36,398 bases of DNA from an uncultured Pirellulales bacterium (GTDB taxonomy: Bacteria; Planctomycetota; Phycisphaerae; Sedimentisphaerales; Anaerobacaceae): contig CAZKYA010000001.1 in assembly GCA_964556725.1 (NCBI GenBank), positions 1 through 36,398 of the forward strand. The letters are read 5' to 3'. The position numbers and the translations under genes were made by a program. Positions within the stretch are counted from its first letter, which is position 1. Every line of letters begins with the position of its first letter. Under the pieces are notes generated by a model that did not search any database, had not been told where the DNA came from, and was given only the letters and a program-made list of their open reading frames with translations. Positions 7,528 to 15,632 of this stretch are shown piece by piece.

Positions 7528-8586
7528 GTGATTAAAAGAAGAAAAACAAAAACTGTCAGGGTTGGCCCGATAAAAATCGGTTCTTGTGCCCCTATTGTTA
7601 TCCAGTCGATGACAAAGGTTCCGACTGTCAATATTGCCCGTTGTGTAAAGCAGATAAATCAGCTTGTCCAGGCCGGCTGTCAACTGGTAAGAATCGCCGT
7701 CCCCAGAAGAGCTGATACCATCGCTTTTGCAAAAATCGTCCAAAAAGTAAAAATCCCCCTAATCGCCGACATTCACTTCAGCCCAGACCGAGCCATTGAA
7801 GCCATAGAAGCCGGCGCAGCTAAAATCCGGCTCAACCCAGGCAACATAAAAAATCGAAAAGACATCCATCGAATAATAGATGCAGCCAGGATGCACAAAG
7901 TCGCCATCCGCATAGGCGTCAACGAAGCAAGTATCAGAGACCTCAGAAAGCAGGATGTCCCGCCGCAAAAACGCACCGCTTTAATGTTGAAGGAGATGAA
8001 GAAATATGTGCGAATCTTTGAAAATCGCGGCTTCACCCAACTGGTTCTAAGTGCAAAAAGCCGCGACCCCTTAAGAACCATCGAAATCAACCGCAGTATC
8101 GCCGAAACCTTCGACTACCCCATTCATCTCGGCCTGACCCACACAGGCCTGCCCGAAGACGCCCAGACACCTTCAGCTATTGCCCTCGGCACACTGCTCG
8201 CAGAAGGTATTGGCGACACCATCAGAGTAAGTGCCGCCGGCGACCCCATTGTGGAAACCGAAATTGCAAAACAGATTCTAATCGCACTCGCTCTTCACGA
8301 GCGCAGACGCCCGGAGCTGATAGTTTGCCCGACTTGCGCACGGGCCGAGATTGACGTAATAAAGCTGGCTCGACGTGTCAAAAAAGCCCTCAACAACATC
8401 AATAAACCGTTGCGAGTCGCTGTGATGGGTTGTATCGTCAATGGCCCCGGCGAAGCCGCCGACGCGGACCTTGCCGTCTGCACAGCTAAGAATAAAGGTT
8501 ACATCTACCGCCACGGCCAAAAAATTGCTGTCGTCCCGGAAAGCAAAATCATTTCCGCACTGCTGAAAGAACTACAAAAACTATAA
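7528..8586 (+). CDS. ispG: 4-hydroxy-3-methylbut-2-en-1-yl diphosphate synthase (flavodoxin)
   Basis: The N-terminus RRKTKTVRVGPIKIGSCAPIVIQSMT matches the IspG signature (E. coli [26 protein letters not shown]). The Fe-S cysteines are present in CPTCAR and GCIVNGPGE. An in-frame TAA at 7489 leaves the GTG at 7528 as the only start. Confidence 0.93.
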   Translation: MIKRRKTKTVRVGPIKIGSCAPIVIQSMTKVPTVNIARCVKQINQLVQAGCQLVRIAVPRRADTIAFAKIVQKVKIPLIADIHFSPDRAIEAIEAGAAKIRLNPGNIKNRKDIHRIIDAARMHKVAIRIGVNEASIRDLRKQDVPPQKRTALMLKEMKKYVRIFENRGFTQLVLSAKSRDPLRTIEINRSIAETFDYPIHLGLTHTGLPEDAQTPSAIALGTLLAEGIGDTIRVSAAGDPIVETEIAKQILIALALHERRRPELIVCPTCARAEIDVIKLARRVKKALNNINKPLRVAVMGCIVNGPGEAADADLAVCTAKNKGYIYRHGQKIAVVPESKIISALLKELQKL

Positions 8587-8596
8587 TACTCCGGAT

Positions 8597-9304
8597 ATGA
8601 ACAATAACCTCATAGATGCGTCAAAACATCCGTTGAAAACAACAATAAAGCGATTCTGTATCGTTTTTATCTTCGGCATCGCTTTTGCATACATCGAAGC
8701 TGCTGTAGTCATTTATCTGCGAACAATCTTTCATCCTGAGGGTTTCGCCTTCCCCTTCTCTGATATTCCCATCAGGCACCACTGGAGAACTTTTTCAACT
8801 GAAATCGGCAGAGAAGCTGCCTCATTGGTTTTAATCTTTACCGGTGCCTGGCTGTTTGGCAAAAACCGTCACCAGAGGTTTGCTTATTTCGCTGCCATTT
8901 TCGCCGTCTGGGATATCTTCTATTACATCTGGCTCAAAATCCTCAGTTCCTGCCTTAAACCCATCCCTGATTGGCCGCTGTCAATTATGGATTGGGACAT
9001 ACTATTTTTACTACCAGGGACCTGGGCTGGTCCGCTGCTGGCTCCTGTCCTCATTTCACTTACATTGCTGCTCTTTGCTGTAATAATACTTTACAAAGAT
9101 TCACACGGCAGAACCATTTATGTAAACCGATGGGATTGGCTCGTTTTTATCTTTGCTGGCCTTGTTGTGGTTGTCTCTTTTGGTATCGCCGGCTTACACA
9201 TCACCAGGCCCGACTACAAAGACCATTTCTACTGGTCATTATTCGCACTTGGTAACATATCTGCCATCGCAATATTCTTGAAATGCCTCTTGAAGTCAAA
9301 ATAG
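8597..9304 (+). CDS. Integral membrane protein of unknown function (about 6 TM segments)
   Basis: 235-aa ORF starting 10 nt after ispG. It is hydrophobic and Trp/Phe/Tyr-rich (WDIFYYIWLK, MDWDILFLLPGTWAGP). I recognised no family. Confidence 0.6.
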   Translation: MNNNLIDASKHPLKTTIKRFCIVFIFGIAFAYIEAAVVIYLRTIFHPEGFAFPFSDIPIRHHWRTFSTEIGREAASLVLIFTGAWLFGKNRHQRFAYFAAIFAVWDIFYYIWLKILSSCLKPIPDWPLSIMDWDILFLLPGTWAGPLLAPVLISLTLLLFAVIILYKDSHGRTIYVNRWDWLVFIFAGLVVVVSFGIAGLHITRPDYKDHFYWSLFALGNISAIAIFLKCLLKSK

Positions 9305-9364
9305 AATGCACAAATTGCCTGTCGCTTGTCGCTATCGGCAATCTGTAATCTACGATTTGCAGTT

Positions 9365-10480
9365 TTAGTCCTTGTTATTCCCTGATATATTCGTTTCAGC
9401 CGGCTTTCTATATGACGTTCGTCGATGGTCTCGCTCCGTATCTTGCGCATATCCTTCGAATTTGCCGAAAATCATCTTCCCGGCCACGGTCTGGAGTGAG
9501 CTGGTTACACTAATGACCAATTCCTGCCCTATCTTGTTTCGAGCGCCTTCAACAACAACCATCGTCCCGTCAGCCAGATAACCTATGCCCTGCTCTGCCT
9601 CTTCGCCTGGCTTTATGATTCTAACCTCCATAGTCTCACCCGGAAGTGCAACTACCTTCAGTGAATTAGCCAAATCGTTTATATTTATTACGTCAACCGT
9701 ACGCACCTGTGCGACCTTACTGAGGTTATAGTCCGTTGTCGCCAGACGCCCGTTGCAGCTTTTAGTAAACATCATCAATTTCTGGTCAACACCTTTGACT
9801 TCCTCGACCTCTGGAATTACTGTATCATCAATCTCCATGTCAATAACAGGATTCATCTGCATCTTGTTAAGTATATCAAGTCCCCGCCTGCCACGGTTAC
9901 GCTTGAGCTTGTCAGCCGAATCAGCTATCAATTGCAGCTCACTGAGAACAAAACGCGGAACAACAACTGGTGCATCAAACATCTTACTCTGGCACAGGTC
10001 TGCTATCCGCCCGTCAATAATTACGGAAGTGTCCAAAACCAATGGCCGGGCACCCTTGGTCTGTTTGGTAAACGCAACATAAGGAACCACAAAACGAAAA
10101 TCGTCCTTCGTTCGCATCACAACACTGACGGTAAGATAGCATATACATATACCCAACATCCATTTGATTGCCTCACGCGCCTCCGGAATTATGTTAATTC
10201 GATACGAATCAGCTACCATATCCACAGCAGGTGCCAGTACGCCACTAACAAGCAGCCCAACCAACAGGCCGAAAAACACACCTGCCAGAGCGGCGAGTTT
10301 TCTCTTCGGCGTAAGAACATCTAACATAAAAACAAACAACGCCATCCCAAAACCGCTCCAAATTATCGCCCAGAAACTCGGCGAATTCTCCTCCTTCGAA
10401 AACGTCACAGAACTTGCGCAAAATAGAAGTACTCCCACTACAATCGTAACAAAAATGCCTCTGAAAACCCAAAGTAACAT
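9365..10480 (-). CDS. yacL: Membrane-anchored PIN and TRAM domain protein (YacL-like)
   Basis: Four N-terminal TM helices are followed by a PIN domain (LVLDTSVIIDGRIADL, VVPRFVLSELQ and RNRGRRGLDIL) and a C-terminal TRAM domain (GETMEVRIIKPGEEAEQGIGYLADGTMVVVEG). GGAGG lies about 10 nt upstream of the ATG. Confidence 0.8.
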   Translation of the reverse strand: MLLWVFRGIFVTIVVGVLLFCASSVTFSKEENSPSFWAIIWSGFGMALFVFMLDVLTPKRKLAALAGVFFGLLVGLLVSGVLAPAVDMVADSYRINIIPEAREAIKWMLGICICYLTVSVVMRTKDDFRFVVPYVAFTKQTKGARPLVLDTSVIIDGRIADLCQSKMFDAPVVVPRFVLSELQLIADSADKLKRNRGRRGLDILNKMQMNPVIDMEIDDTVIPEVEEVKGVDQKLMMFTKSCNGRLATTDYNLSKVAQVRTVDVININDLANSLKVVALPGETMEVRIIKPGEEAEQGIGYLADGTMVVVEGARNKIGQELVISVTSSLQTVAGKMIFGKFEGYAQDTERDHRRTSYRKPAETNISGNNKD

Positions 10481-10531
10481 AGCTATTAACCTCCAAATTA
10501 TGACATATTTTCGTTATTTACAATCGCGGCC

Positions 10532-10560
10532 ATTATACCCCGCATCAAAAACAATATCAA
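10532..10560 (-). promoter_or_regulatory. Near-consensus sigma-70 promoter for the yacL-like gene
   Basis: On the minus strand: TTGATA (10560-10555), a 17-nt spacer, then TATAAT (10537-10532). This predicts a leader of about 45 nt containing the GGAGG site. Confidence 0.45.
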
Positions 10561-10620
10561 TAATTACATCCTCATCAAATTTTTTTGCCCCTATTGGTGC
10601 GTCACAGGTTAAATAATGGC

Positions 10621-10690
10621 TGTCATTCCTGCGAAAGCAGGAATCCAGTTTCGTTACCTTTCTGGATTCCGCATCAAGTGCGGAATGACA
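10621..10690. repeat. Nested palindromic (REP/MITE-like) element built from four GGAAT/ATTCC cores
   Basis: Two local hairpins are present: 10625-10632/10637-10644 (8 bp, GAAA loop) and 10666-10673/10679-10686 (8 bp). Mutually exclusive long-range pairings are 10621-10629/10682-10690 and 10640-10648/10662-10670, 9 bp each. The plus-strand translation gives VIPAKAGIQ, a peptide I recognise from spurious ORFs over intergenic repeats in many environmental genomes. Confidence 0.6.
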
Positions 10691-10835
10691 ACTCATCGAA
10701 TCATCTGTGACAGAGCACTACAAGCCAGCCCTTCCAGTGCAAACGTTCCACTCTCATCGAGAGTGCAAAGAGACTTTAACCCCGAATGAACCAAAGCCCT
10801 GAGCAAAGACGAAGGCGAAGCAATCTACACCCGCA

Positions 10836-10856
10836 ATCGAAAATCGAAAATCGAAA
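10836..10856. repeat. Perfect tandem heptamer, ATCGAAA x3
   Basis: Three exact contiguous copies at 10836-10842, 10843-10849 and 10850-10856, in non-coding sequence. Confidence 0.8.
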
Positions 10857-10871
10857 CTTGTCCGCCGCTTG

Positions 10872-10898
10872 CCCGCCATCTGTGTGGCGGGTTTGTCT
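10872..10898 (+). terminator. Orphan terminator-like hairpin on the plus strand, with no upstream plus-strand CDS
   Basis: The stem is cccgcca (10872-10878) pairing with tggcggg (10885-10891), with a 6-nt loop, followed by TTTGTCT. An outer ccgcc (10862-10866) / ggcgg (10899-10903) pairing can extend it. Confidence 0.35.
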
Positions 10899-10959
10899 GG
10901 CGGAATCAGAAATTAACCTTCTTCCCCCACAATAGCGGTGTCCTGCACAATACGCATGC

Positions 10960-11002
10960 AAAAACAAACGGGGCCTACACCGAACTAATCAGTGTAGGCC
11001 CC
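10960..11002 (-). terminator. Rho-independent terminator of the PEP-CTERM gene
   Basis: An 11-bp GC-rich stem (10970-10980 pairing with 10992-11002) with an 11-nt loop. On the minus strand it is followed by GTTTGTTTTT. It lies 48 nt past the stop at 11051. Confidence 0.7.
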
Positions 11003-11050
11003 GAAATGATGCAAACTCATTAGCTAACCGATATACTTCTTCTTAAGGCA

Positions 11051-12040
11051 TTAGCGTCTCTTGCGAAGCAGAGCCAATCCACCAAGGCCGAGCAGCGCTA
11101 TTGTTGCCGGCTCAGGAATCATCTGATAGATCACACTATCAAATATATCTTTATACTCAGGGGTGAGGTACAGGCCCCAGGAGTATGCTACCTGTCCATC
11201 GTAATTCCAGATACCCATGTAATAACGCATCTCACCGGCAGTGCCATAGAAACCAGCCGCTGTCCCACAGAGGGCGTCAAAGTTTGAGCCTTCGGGGACA
11301 TAGACCAGTATCGGCTTATCCTTTCTCGCCGGAGTAGTAGCAATCTCAGCAGCAGTCCAGGTGTCGTCATAGTAGCCCTGCACTACGGCTCCAGCAACCC
11401 AATCGCCAACGGGTAGAGCCGGTCTATCATTAGCAGGACATACACCACCAGTTGCCGTCGACCAGTCAAAAAGAGGTAAATTCAAAACCGGAAGACCCGG
11501 AGGACAACGAGCGGCCTCCAAATCGGTCGCCGCACAAGGATTGTCACAATAGTCTCTATTGTTTCCGGCGTTGGTCCAACCCCATCTCTTAGTAGGATTT
11601 GGCATGGTGCCGCCCGTGCCGACGAGCATGTGGCCGCTTATCGAAACAAGTGGTACCTCCAGTGTATTCCACATGTACCGGTCCTGTAAAGTAAGGGCCT
11701 CATCGCCGTCGTACCTGTTGCTGGCGGCATGTTTACTGAGGATGACCAGGTCGGCCGCTTGTATAGCTGCTAATTTCGTAGCATCGTCATACCATTTAGT
11801 AGCTAAGTTATCCCTGTATGTCCCAGCCATTCCGCTGGTATCCACCGTGTAGCCGAGGCCCTCAAGGTACTCCACAAGCGTGCTGTCAACGTATTTATTA
11901 TTGTCTATCGCCGCAATCTCCGCTGCCTTAGCACCAGTGCGCCAGAGTCCGCTATCGCTGATTAGCATGATAGTGTAGCCGGAGCACACCGATGACATCA
12001 AAACAAGAGCTAATACCAATACTAAAAATCTCTTACACAT
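11051..12040 (-). CDS. PEP-CTERM sorting-domain secreted protein of unknown function
   Basis: The N-terminal signal peptide is MCKRFLVLVLALVLMSSVCSG. The C-terminus IPEPATIALLGLGGLALLRKRR has the PEP motif, a TM helix and a basic tail. A strong AGGAGGAG site lies 5 nt upstream of the ATG. Confidence 0.85.
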   Translation of the reverse strand: MCKRFLVLVLALVLMSSVCSGYTIMLISDSGLWRTGAKAAEIAAIDNNKYVDSTLVEYLEGLGYTVDTSGMAGTYRDNLATKWYDDATKLAAIQAADLVILSKHAASNRYDGDEALTLQDRYMWNTLEVPLVSISGHMLVGTGGTMPNPTKRWGWTNAGNNRDYCDNPCAATDLEAARCPPGLPVLNLPLFDWSTATGGVCPANDRPALPVGDWVAGAVVQGYYDDTWTAAEIATTPARKDKPILVYVPEGSNFDALCGTAAGFYGTAGEMRYYMGIWNYDGQVAYSWGLYLTPEYKDIFDSVIYQMIPEPATIALLGLGGLALLRKRR

Positions 12041-12345
12041 AATACTCCTCCTATTTTACAAAACAAACTACATACAAATCTCTTGCTCTGGCCACAAACC
12101 AAAACAAGCGTTGTTTTCGACAGATATACCTCTTCCCTTCGGTTGTGCCTGTCTCAAACAACCTTCAACAAACAAGCACTAAAGCTCTTCACCAACTCTG
12201 TGCCTGTAGAGTAACTTTTTTATGACCTGGCTTTGCTCCTCCTCCTTGGGGAAACTCAAGTCTGAGCTTCTGGTTGAATTGCCAGTAATCTGTGGCTCAC
12301 CAACCTCACTCCGAAACCATCCCTCACTCAACTTTCACTTGCCTA

Positions 12346-12375
12346 TTTATACCAAATTAGCTATGTTATTGTCAA
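12346..12375 (-). promoter_or_regulatory. Near-consensus sigma-70 promoter about 300 nt upstream of the PEP-CTERM gene
   Basis: On the minus strand: TTGACA (12375-12370), an 18-nt spacer, then TATAAA (12351-12346). Read alternatively, the spacer is 17 nt and the -10 is GTATAA. Confidence 0.45.
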
Positions 12376-12610
12376 GGAAAATATTATGAGATTTTAGGGG
12401 ATTTTTGATTAAATTGATGTGAAATTTTTAACTTCTGTATTTGCAATAGCTTACAACGATTATTGATTCAAAACTTATCTAAAAATCCTCTCACAGCGGT
12501 TATTTTTTCCTATCTTCACAATTTAATTTCTGCTTTTGTGCTGCGCTTTCTATTGCACTGTTGCCCCGGCTCTCGGTATCTGCGCCTTCTTGAGGTCACT
12601 CGACCTGGCC

Positions 12611-14458
12611 TTATTCAGATTCCTTCTCCATTTCCGCCTCTCCAACATCCGCTCCTCCAGCTTCACCCTGCTCACCTGACTCCGCTTCGACCTCTTTGCC
12701 TTCGCCGGCCTTGTCCTGCGTTTTCGCAGCTTCTTCCACTTCTGCTCCGGAAATACCGGTTTGAGGACCTGCTGACGCCCCCTGTTGGACCGGCTCAGCC
12801 GCTTGTTCTTCCGCAGCCCACTTAACCCTGCGCAAACTCAAACCGATCTTACGTGCCTCAGCATCAACCTTCAGAATCTTAACTTCAACTTCATCGCCAA
12901 CATTAACAACATCCGCCGGCTTCGAAATCTTGTGGTCGGCAAGTTCGGAAATGTGCAGCAACCCCTCCAAATCCGGTTCAAGCTCAACAAACGCACCAAA
13001 ATTAGTAAGCTTTGCCACCTTACCTTTTATAATGTGGCCCGGAATATACTTCTCCGGAATAGCACGCACCCACGGGTCTTCGGTCATCTGCTTTACACCC
13101 AGCGATACCCGTCGTTTCTCCTCGTTGACTTCTAAAACAATGCATTTAACTTCATCACCCTTTCTCAGCACTTCACTGGGATGGTTATATTTCCTCGTCC
13201 AGCTCAAATCCGAAATGTGTATCATACCATCTATGCCCGGCTCTATCTCCACAAAAACACCAAAATTCGTCACACTACGAACCTTCGTCGTAACAAGCGT
13301 CCCAACCGGATACTTTTGAGAAGCTATTGCCCAGGGGTTCACCTCGGTCTGCTTCAGCCCAAGTGAGATTTCCTGCTTTTCTTTGTTAACACTCAATACA
13401 ACTACTTCTACTTCATCGCCGAGATTGACCATCTCACCCGGATGTGCAAGGCGCTTTGTCCAGCTCATCTCACTGATATGCACCAGCCCTTCAATCCCAT
13501 CTTCAAGCCGAACAAACACGCCGTAGCCCATCACATTGACAACCTTGCCCTTTACCTTCGCTCCCACCGGATAGCGCTGTTCAACATCTTCCCACGGACT
13601 CGATGTCTTCTGTTTCAAACCCAGCGAAATCTTCTCATTCTCCCTATCTACATCAATAACAACACACTCTATTTCCTGGTCCAGTTGAATTACTTCAGAC
13701 GGATGGGCTATCCTACCCCAGCTCAAATCAGATATATGCAGAAGCCCGTCAAGACCCCCCAAATCCACAAACACACCAAAGTCAGCAATATTTTTCACAA
13801 CACCTTTTCGCAATTGACCAACTTTTATCTCCGCCAGAATCTTTTCCTTTCCTGTGCGGCGTTCTTCTTCGATAACTTTGCGCCTCGACACGACAACGTT
13901 TCGTCCTTCAACATCAATCTTAAGAATCCTGCAGTCCACTTCCTTACCTACGAACCTGCTTATGTCACCTGGCTTTCTGATATCAACCTGAGAGGCTGGC
14001 AAAAACACAGGCACACCAATATCAACAAGCAAACCACCCTTGATGCGCCTTATAACCCTGCCCTTAACAACATCACCCTCTTTTTTGGTGTTGATAATAG
14101 TCTCCCAGCCCCTGATAGCATCGGCTCTGTGCTTGCTCAACAGCACAAGACCACTTTCAGAGTCAGTATCTTCAAGAAGAACATCGATTTCTTTTCCCGG
14201 CTCTATCTCCTCAGAATTGTCAAATTCACCTGCATCGACAACCCCCTCACTTTTCAGGCCCACTTCGACTATAACTTCATTGCCTATTTGCGATACGATT
14301 GTCCCTTTAAGAATAGTCCCAGGCAAACGTAAATCTACTTTTTTCTGTAGAGCTTCTTCCAAAAATGCACTTTCCTTCTCGCCGAACATCTCGCGGACCT
14401 GCCTGTCAAGATTCTCTTCTGACAAACCTAAATTGTTAACTATATTTCTATTTACCAT
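12611..14458 (-). CDS. rpsA: 30S ribosomal protein S1 (six S1 domains plus an acidic C-terminal tail)
   Basis: Repeated S1 OB-fold units carry motifs such as GFGAFVELEPDLEGLLHISEL and DFGVFVDLGGLDGLLHISDLSW. I chose the start at the ATG at 14458 (MVNRNIVNNLG...). The ORF is open to 14512, but that extension looks non-coding. Confidence 0.93.
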   Translation of the reverse strand: MVNRNIVNNLGLSEENLDRQVREMFGEKESAFLEEALQKKVDLRLPGTILKGTIVSQIGNEVIVEVGLKSEGVVDAGEFDNSEEIEPGKEIDVLLEDTDSESGLVLLSKHRADAIRGWETIINTKKEGDVVKGRVIRRIKGGLLVDIGVPVFLPASQVDIRKPGDISRFVGKEVDCRILKIDVEGRNVVVSRRKVIEEERRTGKEKILAEIKVGQLRKGVVKNIADFGVFVDLGGLDGLLHISDLSWGRIAHPSEVIQLDQEIECVVIDVDRENEKISLGLKQKTSSPWEDVEQRYPVGAKVKGKVVNVMGYGVFVRLEDGIEGLVHISEMSWTKRLAHPGEMVNLGDEVEVVVLSVNKEKQEISLGLKQTEVNPWAIASQKYPVGTLVTTKVRSVTNFGVFVEIEPGIDGMIHISDLSWTRKYNHPSEVLRKGDEVKCIVLEVNEEKRRVSLGVKQMTEDPWVRAIPEKYIPGHIIKGKVAKLTNFGAFVELEPDLEGLLHISELADHKISKPADVVNVGDEVEVKILKVDAEARKIGLSLRRVKWAAEEQAAEPVQQGASAGPQTGISGAEVEEAAKTQDKAGEGKEVEAESGEQGEAGGADVGEAEMEKESE

Positions 14459-14624
14459 AAACCTAAATTCCCCTGTGGAGTCTGTTCTTTCTAACCTTCT
14501 GGCGCCCCACATTTACGCCAATCCCGCACCAATATAAACCTTTCATTCAACCATTTATAAAAACGCATTGGCCCACGCAGCCAAATACACATTCCAAACC
14601 TTGAGGATTTTGCCGATAGCCACA

Positions 14625-15467
14625 TCATTTGCCATCGTCAAAAGCCTCCAAATTCTTCACAAATTCGGCAATTATCCACTCAGGCGTCGAGGCCCCTGCC
14701 GTAACACCTGCTATATTCTTACCCAAAAGTATCTTCTTGTCAAGCTCATTCCAATTTTGCAAGTGAAACGTTTCGCTATTATACTTTCTGCAAAGTTCGG
14801 CGAGTCTCCGCGTGTTGGCACTTTTCAGACCACCGAGCACGAACATTACATCCACCTGCTTACACAATTGCACAGCCGAGGTCTGCCTCTTTATTGCCTC
14901 CTTACACAGAGTATTGATTACTTTCAACTCACTAAAGCTGCACCGCCCTATTGCACCAAGCATCCTGCCAAAGAAATCCGGGCTCTGGGTAGTCTGACAA
15001 ACAATTCCCAATTTGGCATTCTCAGCAAGCTTATGTAAATCCGACTCGCCGGCAAGGACTATGACATCCTTGACGCAGCCCATAACCGCACGAACCTCAG
15101 GATGATTTTCGTCCCCGATAATTACTACTTTATAACCATCCCTTTCGAGCTCCTCAGCTATGTGCTGGACCCTCTTAACCAATACACAAGTGGCATCAAC
15201 AATATCAATGCCTTTTTCCTTCAGCCTTGCCACCTGCTCCGGGGCAGCTCCATGAGAACGAATAACAACCGTCCCCGACTGAATTTCTTCCACGTTCTCT
15301 ACGGTTTTCAGTCCGGCTTTCGCCAGCCGTTCCACCTCATCTTTGTTATGGATAATTGGCCCAAGACTATAAACATCCTTCTGCTGTGCTAATATTTTTT
15401 CAGCCATACTGATGGCGTTTTTAACACCGTGACAAAACCCACACTTTTCTGCAACCAAAACCTTCAT
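14625..15467 (-). CDS. ispH: 4-hydroxy-3-methylbut-2-enyl diphosphate reductase
   Basis: MKVLVAEKCGFCHGVKNAI aligns with the E. coli IspH N-terminus (MQILLANPRGFCAGVDRAI). Other motifs are HNKDEV, SHGAAPE, DATCVLV, QTTQS, NTLCKEA, VLGGLKSANTRRL and GVTAGASTPE. The start is set at the ATG at 15467 by this homology; the ORF is open to 15593. Confidence 0.92.
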   Translation of the reverse strand: MKVLVAEKCGFCHGVKNAISMAEKILAQQKDVYSLGPIIHNKDEVERLAKAGLKTVENVEEIQSGTVVIRSHGAAPEQVARLKEKGIDIVDATCVLVKRVQHIAEELERDGYKVVIIGDENHPEVRAVMGCVKDVIVLAGESDLHKLAENAKLGIVCQTTQSPDFFGRMLGAIGRCSFSELKVINTLCKEAIKRQTSAVQLCKQVDVMFVLGGLKSANTRRLAELCRKYNSETFHLQNWNELDKKILLGKNIAGVTAGASTPEWIIAEFVKNLEAFDDGK

Positions 15468-15632
15468 AAAGGATAATTCTATACTATACTGCCGACACAT
15501 TCCACCAAAACTTCGGTCATTACCGAGATTAGGATTTGTGGGGCTCATGGGTAGGGCTTTTGACCTGCTCATAAAACGGCGCTGTGACGCCAAATTTTTT
15601 TCAGAAATGCAAAACGAACTCAGGGCTAAAGC

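Noticed and set aside
7285-7743. A 152-aa minus-strand ORF spanning the hydrolase/ispG divergent region.
   Set aside because: It overlaps the 5' ends of two well-supported genes and the intergenic promoter region, and it has no motifs.
10514-10967. Minus-strand ORFs of 60 aa (10514-10696) and 63 aa (10776-10967).
   Set aside because: The first is a read-through translation of the palindromic repeat and gives the typical LDSCFRRND-type peptide. The second is Cys/Arg-rich, with no ribosome-binding site or motif. I treat both as non-coding.
13442-14332. A 296-aa plus-strand ORF, with further plus-strand ORFs at 12785-13366 and 14040-14537.
   Set aside because: All lie antisense to rpsA, whose six S1 domains are unambiguous. 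The translations are low-complexity and have no motifs.
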